Shown in pieces: positions 29,126 to 39,961 of a stretch of DNA of 64,000 nt. Position 1 is the first letter of the stretch; each line of letters opens with the position of its first letter. Source of the DNA: Scenedesmus sp. PABB004 (Eukaryota). The stretch covers positions 1,736,001 to 1,800,000 of the forward strand of contig JABVCE010000003.1 in the NCBI GenBank assembly GCA_014905635.1, given 5' to 3'. The translations under genes and the position numbers were made by a program. Below the pieces are notes generated by a model. It was given only the letters and a program-made list of their open reading frames with translations. It ran no database searches and had not been told where the DNA came from.

Positions 29126-29539
29126 GCCGCCGGCGTCCGGCTGCAGCGCGGCCGCGGCGCGGTGCGCGCGTGGCGGCGGGCAGCGTGCGTACGCAGGCGT
29201 GCGCCGCCGGCTGGCGCCCGGGGAGGTCTCGCGCGTCGGCGTACAGGCGCTGGGCCACCGCAGTCGGGGCGTTCGGCGCGCGTTGAACCGCGCGAACTCG
29301 CGAATGCCTCGTCGGCATCAGTCGTGCCGCTCGCCGCGCTCAGCCGCCCCATTGCCCTGAACGCCCGCTCACTCATTTGTACAGCCTGCGTGTGACCCTA
29401 CGCGCGCTCAGGACAGCCCTCACGCCCGCCAGTGCGCCCGCGGCGAGCTCCGCCGCTGCTGCCGCCGCTCGCCGCGCCTCCCACCGCGCGCACACACACG
29501 CCAGCGCCTCCCTCACCGCGCCCGCACGTCCCCGCCAGC

Positions 29540-30096
29540 ATGGCCGCCGCCGCTATGCAGTCGCGCGTGGCGGGCCGCTTCGCCGGCCCCGCGGCGGCGC
29601 CGCGCGGCCGGCGCACGGTGGCCGTCTTTGCGCGCAAGGCAGCCGCCAAGGCCACCTCCTACATCTGCATCGACTGTGGGTACATCTACGACGGCAAGGA
29701 GCCGTGGGAGAAGGTCCCCAACTCGTACCGCTGCCCCGTGTGCCAGGCGCCGAAGCGGCGCTTCCGGGCGACGGCGGCGGCGGGGCGCAACGACCCCAAG
29801 GCCATGCGCGCGCGCATGGACGCCATGGCGCGGGGCGAGGACGACGGCAAGCTCGACGAGTGCGACGCGCGGCCGCGGCGCGCGGCGGGCGCCGCGCACG
29901 CTGCGCGCGCCGCGGCGCACGCCGCCGATCGCACGCCCGCCTCCCCCGCCCGCCTCCCCCGCCCGCCTCCCCCGCCCGCCTCCCCCGCCCGCGCCGCAGC
30001 AACGACAAGACGTTCTTTGCGGCCGCCGCCGTCGCCGGCGCGGCCGCGCTGGGGGCGCTGTACCTCTTCCTCAGCAGCCAGACGGCGGGCGTGTGA
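29540..30096 (+). CDS. Plastid rubredoxin-like protein with a C-terminal membrane anchor
   Basis: Transit peptide (RRTVAVFA); YICIDCGYIYDG...YRCPVCQAPKRRF (two CxxC); intron 29860-29999; hydrophobic tail AVAGAAALGALYLFL. Confidence 0.88.
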
Positions 30097-30339
30097 GGAT
30101 GCGGAGGGCGCGCCGGCGACGCGGGGGACTGCTTGACTGCTTGTTTGCGGCCGCGCCGGCCGCGCGGCCCTAGCTGGCAGCACAGCACTGCTGGCGTGCG
30201 CGCGCGGCGCGCGGGGCGCGCCAGGAACTGCCGCCGTGCCGTCGATTGACGCAGCACCACCCCAGTCCGGGCGTGTCGCAGCCCGGCGTCCGAGTAAGGT
30301 CTTGCACTCACGCCCGACTCTCTGACTCGCGCCCGACTC

Positions 30340-33300
30340 TCACGCCTGCACGCGGAAGCTGCCCCGGATCGCCACGCGCGAGCGCTGCGGCGTGCGGCCC
30401 AGCGCGCGGTCGCCCGCCGCCAGTGGCCCGCGCAGGCCCGCGCGCAGGGCGTAGGTGCGGCCCGCCTGCACGGACGCGGGCGCGCCGGTCGTGTCGGCGT
30501 AGGTGCCGTTGAAGTGGGTGCAGAAGCTCGGCACCGACCGCGCGGTCGCGAGCGCGCTGCCGGACGAGGTGTCGAGCGGCGCCAGCGCGCCCAGCAGGCG
30601 GCCGTCGGCGTCCAGCAGCTCCAGGAACAGCCTGGCGGCGCGGCGCGGCGTGTGGGCGGGGGCGGCCGTCAGCGTCGGCGGGCGCGCGCAAGCTGGCGCG
30701 CGCGGAGAGCGATCCGGCGCGCCGCGCGCGACCTACGTGTGCAGCGGCGCCTCTGGGACGAGCGTCACGCGCAGCGCGCACTCGGGCGCGGCCCGCAGCT
30801 CCGCGAGCGACACGCGCAGCACGTCGCCCGCGCGCGCCGCGAAGCCGCCGGCGCAGACGGCCGGCACGGCGCTGAGTGTGTCCATGATCGCCCCCGCCAC
30901 GCGCGGCGCCGTGCCCGGCGCGTAGCACAGCGCGTTGGCCTGCGCCTCCAGCTGCGCGGCCAGGAGCGGCTCGTCGGGCGCCGCGCCGGCGCGGGCGAGC
31001 AGGCGCATGCCCGCCCAGTCGCCGCCAAAGCCCTGCACCGGCACGCGCAGCGGCGCGAGCCCCGACTCCGACGGCAGCAGGCGCACGGCGCCCGAGTAGA
31101 GCAGCGGCCGCCCCGCGAGCTCGCGCGGCAGCGTGAACGTGACCTGCCGCCGGTCAGCGGGGCGCGCGGTCGGTCAGTCAGTCAGTCAGTCAGTCGGTCA
31201 GTCAGTCGGTCAGGGCGCAGCGCGGCGCTGCCGGCGCCGCGCGGCCGCGCCGCGGGCGCGCACCTGCGCCTCGGCCGTCGCGCCGGGCGTGGCGTTGAGG
31301 CTGATCACGGGCGGCTCAAACGCCGCCTGTGGCGCGGCCCAGTCGTAGGCGATCGACGCGTCGCTGCCAAACCAGCCGTTGGCGACGCCGGTGGCCGCGC
31401 CGGGCGCAAACGCCAGGCGGTAGGCCACCGTGCCGCCGCGGCCGCGCGCCGGCCCCGCCCAGCGCAGGCGCAGGCGCGCCGTGAAGGGGCTGTCGAGCGC
31501 CGACGGCAGCGCGAGGCTGGTCGGCGTCACCGCCACGGGGTTGGCCAGGAACGCGTCGACCTGCACCACGCCCGCGCCAACCTTGGCCACCGGCTCCTCC
31601 ACGTCGCTGCGCGCGCGCGTCGGCACGCCCGCCGCGGTCGACACGAGCGCCTGGAGCGCGCCCGCCTGCCGGAGGCGCGCCGGCGGCGACAAGCGCGCGG
31701 CCTGCAGACCGAGCGCGAGAACGCCGGCGATGTAGGGCGAGGCAAACGAGGTGCCGCTGGCGCGGTACGGTCCGCCCCACATGGTGATGACCGGGACGTA
31801 CGACCCCGGCGCCGACACGTGCGGCCCGAGGCGCAGGCTCGGGTTCTGTGGCGGCGGCGTGACACAGGGCGGCGGTGGTCAACCGCCCGCGCGCCGCGGC
31901 GCGCCCCGCCACAGCGCGCGGCGCACCGGGCCGAAGGAGCTAAACCCCGACGCCACGAGCGCGTCGTCGAGGGGGAGCCCGACGGCGTCGTCGCCCACGG
32001 ACGCCACGCTCACGGCGCCCGCGGCAGTGAAGGCGTCGGCGGTGAAGGGCCCGTCCGCGCCCGAGTTGCCCGCGGCCTTGACCACCAGCACGCCCGCGCC
32101 GAGCGCCGCGGCCATCACGGGGCTGTACACGCTCTGCGCCGCCGGGGGCCAGACAAGCGCGGGAGTGGGTGCGCATCGCGCGCGGCCGGCGCTCGCGCGG
32201 TCGCCGGCGCCGCGCACCCGCTCGGCGTAGCCGCTGCCGCTGGCGAGGGAGAGGTTGATGACGTCACAGCCGTCCCGCACCGCGGCGTCGATCGCGGCGA
32301 TGATCACGTCATCGCCAGCAAAGCCGTCGCAGCCTGCGCGCGGCGTTGGGCGCGGCGCCGAAGACGGCGCGGCCTTGGGTGGCTGCGCGCAGCCGGGCCG
32401 GGCCCGTGCGGCGCGGGGGCGTGCCCTGCGGGCGCGCAGCGCACCGAAAACGCGGTACGACCCCAGCGCCGCGCCGGGCGCGACGCCGTTGGCCGTGGCC
32501 GCGACCGACGCGACCATGCTGCCGTGGCCCATGCAGTCCAGCTGCCGCGCGGGGCGGGCGCGGCGCGCGTGGGCGGGCCGGCGCCGCCGCCGCGGGCGAG
32601 CGCGTGCTGCGGCGCGTGCGGGCGGGGGCGCGGGCGCGGCGGCGCGCGCACTGGCTCGTTGCCTGCCGTGGGCGGCGGGCCGTCGGTCTGGCCGTTGTAC
32701 TTGTCGCCCACCAAGTCCAGCCCAGCGACGACGCGGCACGAGCTCGGCTGGTTGATGGCCGTGCAGCTGCCATAGAGCGGCAAGCGGTAGTTGATGCCTG
32801 GCGATTGATTGAGGAGAGAGCGGACGAGGGGTCAGCGCAGCGCCGCCGCGGCTGGCCAGCTAGGCGGGCCCGCCCGCCCCCGCCCCCGCCCCGCGCCCGC
32901 GCACCGCCGTCACACCTGTGTCCACGATGCACACCAGCGTGCCCGTGCCGTCGAGCCGGTCGCCGCCCGGCGCCGCCGCGACGCGCGCGAGCCCCGTCGC
33001 GGCGCTGTTGCCGTCGGTGGCGCGCGCCGGCGCCGCGCCCGCGTCGGCCGGCCGCGCCGCGCCGCCGCGCGGCGGCGCGCCCGCCGCGGTCAGGTTTGCC
33101 GGCCGCACCGGCCGCACCAGCTGGCGCGCGCCCTGCGGGCGGGGGCGCGCGGAGACCGGGTCAGCCGCCCCGCGCGCGGCGGCGGGCGCGCGTGCGCGCG
33201 GCTGCAGCCGCGCGCAACAGCTGTCGCGTTGCGCGCCGCGCGGCAAGCCGCGGCGCACCGCCTCCCACACGTGCGCGACCGCGGGGTTGGCCTCCAGCTG

Positions 33301-33750
33301 CGCGCGCAGGCGCGCCGCGTCGGCGGGGCCCGCGGTGCGGATGGCGGCGCCGTGCAGCACCGTCGCGTAGCGCGTGTGACCCAGCACGCGGATGCCGCTG
33401 CTAGTCGCCGCCACCGCCACCGATGTCGTCAGCGCGTCGAGGCCCGGCAGCACCGCGGCCGCCGCGCCGGCGAGCTCGCCGACGGCCGCCGCGCGGGCGC
33501 CGTCCGCGCCGCGCGCCGTGGCCGCCGCGACCGCGACCGCCGCCGCGCTCGCCTGCGCCGCCGCGATGGCGACCGAGCCGTCACCGCCGCCGCCCCCGGC
33601 CGCTGCCGTCGCCGCAGCGCTGACGGCGTTGGGCGCGTACTCCACGATGAGCGTGTGCGTGGCCGCGGCCGGCCGGCCGCCGGCGCACAGCAGCAGCAGC
33701 GCCGCAAGCAGCGGGGCGCCCCGCCCCGCGGCGCCCGCCGGCGCCCGCAT
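30340..33750 (-). CDS. Secreted subtilisin-like serine protease (S8)
   Basis: Signal peptide LLAALLLLCA; catalytic triad VCIVDTG (Asp), DCMGHGSMVAS (His), GTSFASPYIAG (Ser); VINLSLA and KAAGNSG; about 8 introns. Confidence 0.88.
31167..31213 (-). repeat. (GACT/GACC)n tetranucleotide array in subtilase intron 31144-31263
   Basis: Directly visible CAGT/CGGT array; reads as tandem CTGAC on the sense strand. Confidence 0.9.
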
Positions 33751-34619
33751 CGCGCGGCGCCGCCCGCGTGCTGGTGGCTTCTGGAACTGCTGCGTGGGAC
33801 CGGTGCCAGCTCGGAGGCGCCTTGGGGCGGGCGCTGTGAGCTCGCGCGCCAAGGCCGGCTCCGTGCTCTGCGGCCCTCGCCGACGGCTGCGCCCCGCGAG
33901 CTGGTGACGAGTTCGTGGTGTGCCCGCGTGGCCTGTGGACCCAGCTGCACTGCGAGCTGCGCCCCGGTGCGGCGCCGGGGGGCGGCGCAACTGCTGCGCT
34001 GCCAGGGCACTTTCATTTCCGGCATCCGCGCGGCGGTGCAGCTGCAGCTGCCTCTACAACTCATGAGATAGCTGCTGAGCTGCTGCCGTCTGCAGCACGC
34101 GTCGGGCGGCGGTCCGACCAGCGCAACGCCGCAGCAGGCTGACCGGCCGCTGGCGGGCCGCTGGCAGGCGGCTGGAGCTGCGCAGCGCTGGGTGAGTCCA
34201 ACCAAACTGCCCCTCTCGGCAGCGGCCTCGCCGCGCTACGTGCGCGGCGATCGGCGCGCGTCGCGCTGCGCAGGCAGCTCCGCACTGTGCGCTGGTCGAC
34301 GCCGCGCCGCCGGCGCAGCACACACGGTCGTCTCAGATCTCCTGGCACGACCAGCGTGGCGATCGCAGCGGCGCCGCCGTGCCGCCGCCGCGGGTGCGCC
34401 GGTCGTTCGGTCGCACGCGAAAAAAACAAACGCGCGCCGGCGGCGCAAAAGGCTGCGCCCGCGATCGCCTCCACAGACCCGGATCACCATCGACCGGCCG
34501 CGGCGCCAGCAGGCCAGGCGTGGCGTGCTCCACAACGCGCCGCTGCTGCCGCCGCTCGCGCGCCTGCCGCCGCGCACACCGCACGCCCGCGCCTGCCGCG
34601 CACACCGCACGCTCGCGCA

Positions 34620-36455
34620 ATGAGCGACGACTACGACGACTTTGCGCTGCTCGAGGCTTATGAGGCGTCCCAGGGTGAGGCGCCGGCGCGGGCCATCACC
34701 ACACGCTGCGCAGCTGCTCCTGCTCCAGCGCCCGGGCCGGGCCCCGCCCGGCCGAGCCGGCACGCGGCCGCCCTCACGCCCGGGCGGGACGGCGGCGGCG
34801 GCGCCGGCGCGCGGCCGCGACGGCGGGCGCGCAGCGCGCAGCAGCAGCGGGGCGGGCGCTGGTCGCGCGCAGGGCGATCCTGCAGCGCCGCCGATCGCGC
34901 CGCCGCCGCCGCCGCCGCCGCCGTCCTGCAGGCACGGGCGCGGGCGCGGGCAAGCGCAAGCACGAGGGCGAGGGCGGCGCGTTTGTGAGCGCGCCGATGT
35001 GCCCCTGCGGCGCGGGGCAGTGCCTCGTGGAGACGGAGCCCAGCGGGCGCGCCTTCTTCGCCTGCCCCGACGACGTGAGCGCCCGCGGCGCGGCGCGGCA
35101 CGCAGCGCGGCGCAGAGCGGTGCGAGCCTTGCGCCCGCCCACGCGCACCGCCCTCGCTGTCCCCTGCCTGCCCTGCAGGAGGGCTGCGCGTGCGGCTTCA
35201 AGCTGTACTGCGACGCCCAAAAGTCCACGCGCACCGCGGGCGCGGCCGACCCGGGGCGCGGCGCGAGCTACGGCGGCGAGCACGGCCCGCCGCCCGCCGG
35301 CGCGGGGCAGCAGCAGCCCTGGGCGCCGCCGCACGCGGGGCCCGGCGTGGGCGCGCCCTGCTCGCAGGACGGCCCGCCCGCGCCGCTGTGCGCGTGCGGG
35401 CAGGCCGCCGCGCAGCGCACGAGCAACAGCGAGCGCAACCCGGGGCGCATCTTCTTCAGCTGCGCCAAGCCCGTGGCCGCGCCGGACCGCTGCGACTACT
35501 TCAAGTGGTGCGCCCCCCGCGCGCGCTGCGACGCGGCGAGCGCGCCGCCGGCGCCGGCGCTGGCGCCGGCGCGCGGCCGCCGCGCGCGCCGGCGACCGCC
35601 GCCCCGCCCGCCCCACCCGCCCCGCCCGCCCCGCCCGCCCCGGCAGGGCCGACCAGCTGGGCCGCAGCCCCGCCAAGCCGCCCGGCGGCGCCGGCGGCGC
35701 GTGGGGCGGCGCGCGCGGCGGCTACGCGCCCTCCGGCCCGCGGCGGGCGGGGCGGGCGGCGTCGACGTCGGCGCCGACGGCGGCGGCGTGCTATGCGCGT
35801 GCGGGCAGCCCGCCGCGCAGCGCACGAGCAACACCGCGCGCAACCCCGGTCGCGTTTTCTACAAGTGCGCCCGACCCCAGGTGCGCCGCGCAGCGCCGCG
35901 CGCACGCGCCGCGCGGGCGCTGCCAGACGAGGCCGGGCGCTGCAGGCGCGGTCGCGGTCGCACCTGCTGCGCAACGCCTGCCACGCTCCCCCCCCAGGGC
36001 GAGGGCTGCCCCTTCTTCAAGTGGGCCGACGAGCTCGGCGCGCCCGGCGGCGGCGGCAGCCAGCCCCGCACCTCGCAGGGCTACGGCTTTGGCGGCGGCG
36101 CCGCGCCGGGCGCCGCGCCGGGCGGCGGCGGCTTCAACGGCCTCAACGCTGCCGGCGCGTACGACGGGGGCGCCGCCGGCGGGGGCGCGCCGGTCGGGTC
36201 GTCAAAGTTTGCCTGGGAGGACGCGGCGCCGCCGGGCGGGGCAGCCCCCGGCGGCGGCGGCGGCGGCGGCGCAGGCGCCGGCGATACGTGCTTCCGCTGC
36301 GGCCAGGTGCGCGCGGCGCCGCCGCAGCCAACGCCCGCTGCTGCGCGGCCGCCGCGCGCCGCCGCGCGCTCAGTGGGCCCGGCCCCGCGCGCCGCAGACC
36401 GGCCACTGGAGCAGGGACTGCCCCTCTGCAGGCGCGGGCGGCGGCGGCGCCGGCT

Positions 36456-36500
<45 letters not shown>

Positions 36501-36747
36501 GAGCCAGCGGTGTCTGCTACAAGTGCAACCAGGTGAGTGCTGCGAGATCGCCGTGGGTGCCCGCTGCGCTGGCGGGGCCGGCCGCAGCGTGGTAGCACCC
36601 GCCGGCCTGCAGCAGCACACCACACGCACGCCCCTGCGCGTGCACCGCAGCCGGGCCACTGGGCGCGCGACTGCCCGTCCGCGGGCTCCGGCGGCGGCGG
36701 CGGCTACGGCGGCGGCGGCGGCTACGGCGGTGGCGGCGGCGGCGGCT

Positions 36748-36791
<44 letters not shown>

Positions 36792-37116
36792 TGCTACAAG
36801 TGCAACCAGGTGGGCGCCAGGGTCACGCGCGGCGCGCCTGCGGCAGCGAGCGCGCCGGCGGGGCTGGCCGCAGCGTCGGGGGCTGCGCGCGGCGCCTTGC
36901 TCGAGCCGCAGCAAGGTGGCTGAGCCCCCGCGCCCCGCCCGCGCGCCGCAGCCCGGGCACTGGGCAAAGGACTGCCCGTCCGGCGGCGGCGGCGGCTATG
37001 GCGGCGGCGGCTACGGCGGTGGTGGCCGGGGCGGCGGCCGGGGCGGCGGGGGTGGCGGGACGTGCTTCAAGTGCGGCCAGCCCGGCCACTGGGCGTCCAT
37101 GTGCACCAATGCCTGA
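34620..37116 (+). CDS. Gly-rich protein with three GRF-type zinc fingers and four CCHC zinc knuckles
   Basis: CPCG...GRAFFAC, CACGQ...NPGRIFFSC...CDYFKW, CACGQ...NPGRVFYKC...CPFFKWAD; knuckles CFRCGQ|TGHWSRDC, CYKCNQ|PGHWARDC, CYKCNQ|PGHWAKDC, CFKCGQPGHWASMC; apparent 1-nt deletion near 35737. Confidence 0.85.
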
Positions 37117-37569
37117 AACGCGGCGGTTCAAGCCTGAGCCGCGTCGACGCGCCCGTGGTTCAGGGCGCAGCGCGGTTGCGGCGGTTCAGGCGAGGGAGGG
37201 TGCGGCCCCGGACCTCCCTGTTGAGAAAGTATGCAACACTTGCGTCAGCAACGCCGAGCGGCGGACGCAGCGCGCGCCAGGCCAGCAGCAGCAGCGGCGG
37301 TCCGCTGCCGGCAGCGGACCGGCACTCGCGGCACTGTGTCAGCGCGCTGGCCTGCTCGGGCGGCTGGTGGTCTGGCGCTTCCTGCCGGTGGCGCCGGGTG
37401 GCGCTGCTGGGGCGGGACGCCCTGCTGTCCACGGCGCCCCGCAAAGATTGCTTCGCCGCAGCAGCAGCGCCGCGTCGCCACCCTGCAGGCAAACGGCAGA
37501 GCGCGCGACGCAGTGCAGAGACCGCACGATCGGGCACCCTCAGCCCGAGGAGCTGGGGGCGAGTCGCCG

Positions 37570-38075
37570 ATGCTGGCGGCGCGCGAGCGCGCTGCCGCGC
37601 TGGCGGCGAGCCACCCCGAGGCGCAGGCCGTGGGCGGCGGCGCGGCGCAGCCCCCGCAACCTGCGCAGGGCAGCCAGGAGCAGGCCACGCAGGCGCTGCC
37701 AGCCGCGCCTGCCGCCGAGCCCGTCGCAGCGGCGCCAGGAGCAGCAGCCGCGCCGGCGCCGCTGCCGCAGCAGCAGCTGCCTGTGATGTTGCTGCTCGTG
37801 GGCCTCCCCGGCGCTGGCAAGAGCACCTTTGCGGGCGCGCTGGCGGCGCGCAGCGGCCGCAGCTGGGCGCGCGTCAACCAGGACACGATCAGCGCCGGCA
37901 AGAAGGGCACGTGGCAGGCGTGCGTCAAGGCCGCCGCCGCCGCGCTGGCGGCCGGCTTTAACGTGGTGGTCGACAGGTGAGCAGAGGCGGCAGCGGGGGA
38001 GGGTGCAGCGCTGCGGCGGCGAGAGGGAGGACGGGCGGGCCCACTCTGAGGGCGCCGGCGTCCGAGCGCCCCGAC

Positions 38076-38107
<32 letters not shown>

Positions 38108-39757
38108 TGTGCGGCCCGCCGGGCGCAGGTGCAACCTGGACACGCAGCAGCGCGGCTACTTCCTGCGACTGGCTGCCCACCTGCCCTGCGCGGTGCACTG
38201 CCTGGTGCTGCAGATTGACCAGGCCACCTGCGCGCGCCGCGCGGCGGCCCGCGCGGGGCACGAGGGCGGCGTGGACGGCCCGCGCGCCGCGGGCGTCGTG
38301 GGCCAGATGGCGGCGCAGCTCCGCAAAGCGGGTGCGGCACGGCGCGGCGCGGCGCGGCGCGGCGCGGCGCGGCGCGGCGCGGCGCGTGCCAGGCTCTGCG
38401 CGCGGCGCACCGCCACCTCACCGCGCCCCGCCGCTCGCAGGCCCGCCCGCGGCATCGGAGGGCTTTGCCAGCCTCACCGCGGCCAGCAGCCAGCAGCAGG
38501 TCGACGCCGCGCTGGCGCGCTGGGCGGCCGCGGCGGTGGGCGGCACGGCCGACCAGGTCGCCGCGGCGCAGCAGGCCAGCCGCGCGGCAGCCGACGCGGC
38601 GGCGGCGGCGGCCATCGCCGCCGTGGGCGAGGCCAAGGCGGCGGCGGCCGAGGCGGCGGCCGCCGCGCCGCCGCCCAGCAAGCGGCTCAAGACGGCGGCG
38701 GGCGGCGCCAGCGGCAGCAGCGGTGGCGGCGCGAGCAGCAGCAGGGCAGCGGGCGGCGGCGCGGGCAGCAGCGGTGTGGCGGCCGCCGGTGCTGCGCAGT
38801 CGGGGCCCTCCCCCGGCCAGCCCGCGCGGGCGGCGGGGCCGCCTGGCGGCGCGCCGGCGGGCAGTGCTGGCGGCGGCACGCCGCCGGGCAGGAACGCGTT
38901 TGCACTGCTGATGGCAGGCGCGCGGCAGCAGGCCAAGGCCTCGCCGCCCGGCAAGGCCGCCGCCGCCGCCGCCACCAGGGCCCCGGGGGCGCGGCGCCCG
39001 GGGCGCGGCGCCGGGCGGCGCCCGCAGCGGCGGCTGGTCGTCGGCGCTGGCGGAGATCGCGGCGCACCCGGAGCGGCTCGGCGCGGGGCAGGAGGTGTGG
39101 GCGTGCGACGCGCGCGTGGTGGGAATACTCGACAGGTATCCCAAGAGCTCCATGCACGGCCTGCTGCTCGCGCGCGAGCCGGGGCTGGACGCGGTGTCGC
39201 AGCTGAACCGCGGCCACGTGCCGCTGCTGCGCCACATGCGCGCCACGGCGCTGGACTGGATCGCGCGCCGCGGCGGCGCCGCCGGCGGCGCGGCCGGCGC
39301 CGCGTGGCAGTCGGGCGGCGAGACGACGGACGACGACGAGGGCGCGCCGGCGCGCGCCGCCCCGCAGCAGCAGCACCAGCAGCAGGGGCAGGAGCCACAG
39401 CAGCAGCAGGCGCAGCAGCAGGAGCCGCTGCCGCCGGTGCCGGCCGGCTGGCGGCTCGGCTTCCATGCGCTGCCCTCGATGGCCTGCTTGCACCTGCACG
39501 TGCTGACCACCGACTACAACAGCGAGTGGCTCAAGACCAAGAAACACTGGAACTCCTTCACGAGCAGCTTCTTCATCGAAATCGACGCCGCCCTGGCCGC
39601 GCTGCAGGGCGACGCGGGCGCCGTGCGCGTCGACGCGGCCTCGGCCGAGGCGGCGCTGCGCCGCCCGCTCGCGTGCCACGTGTGCGGCGCGGCGCAGCCA
39701 AACATGCCCACTCTCAAGGCACACATCAAGGCACACATCGCCACCCACCGCGGCTGA
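37570..39757 (+). CDS. APTX: Aprataxin (HIT plus zinc finger) with an N-terminal P-loop kinase (AAA_33-like) domain
   Basis: LVGLPGAGKSTFA, VNQDTI, VVVDR|CNL; then WSSALAEIAAHPE, DRYPKSSMHGLL, GFHALPSMACLHLHV, KTKKHWNSF, CHVCG...LKAHIKAH. A frame change near 38920-39000 needs a small intron or an indel. Confidence 0.88.
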
Positions 39758-39961
39758 GCTGGTCCCGCGCGGCGGCGGCGGTGGTTGCAGGCGACGCGGC
39801 GCGTGCCCTGGTTCCCGAACCGCGCCGCCCCGCTCGCGTCGCCGCGGTCCTCAGCAGGCCGCCGGCAGCATCATCCCGCCAGTCTCACGGCGGGCGCAGC
39901 GCCGCGCACCCTCCGCAGCACCGCAGTCGCCGCGGCAGCAGCAGCCGGCGCCGCCGCAGCG

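Noticed and set aside
34415..34450. E2F-like motifs (ACGCGAAA, GGCGCAAAA) upstream of the GRF zinc-finger gene
   Set aside because: Imperfect matches, and GCGCGAAA also occurs by chance in coding sequence (24401), so support is too weak.
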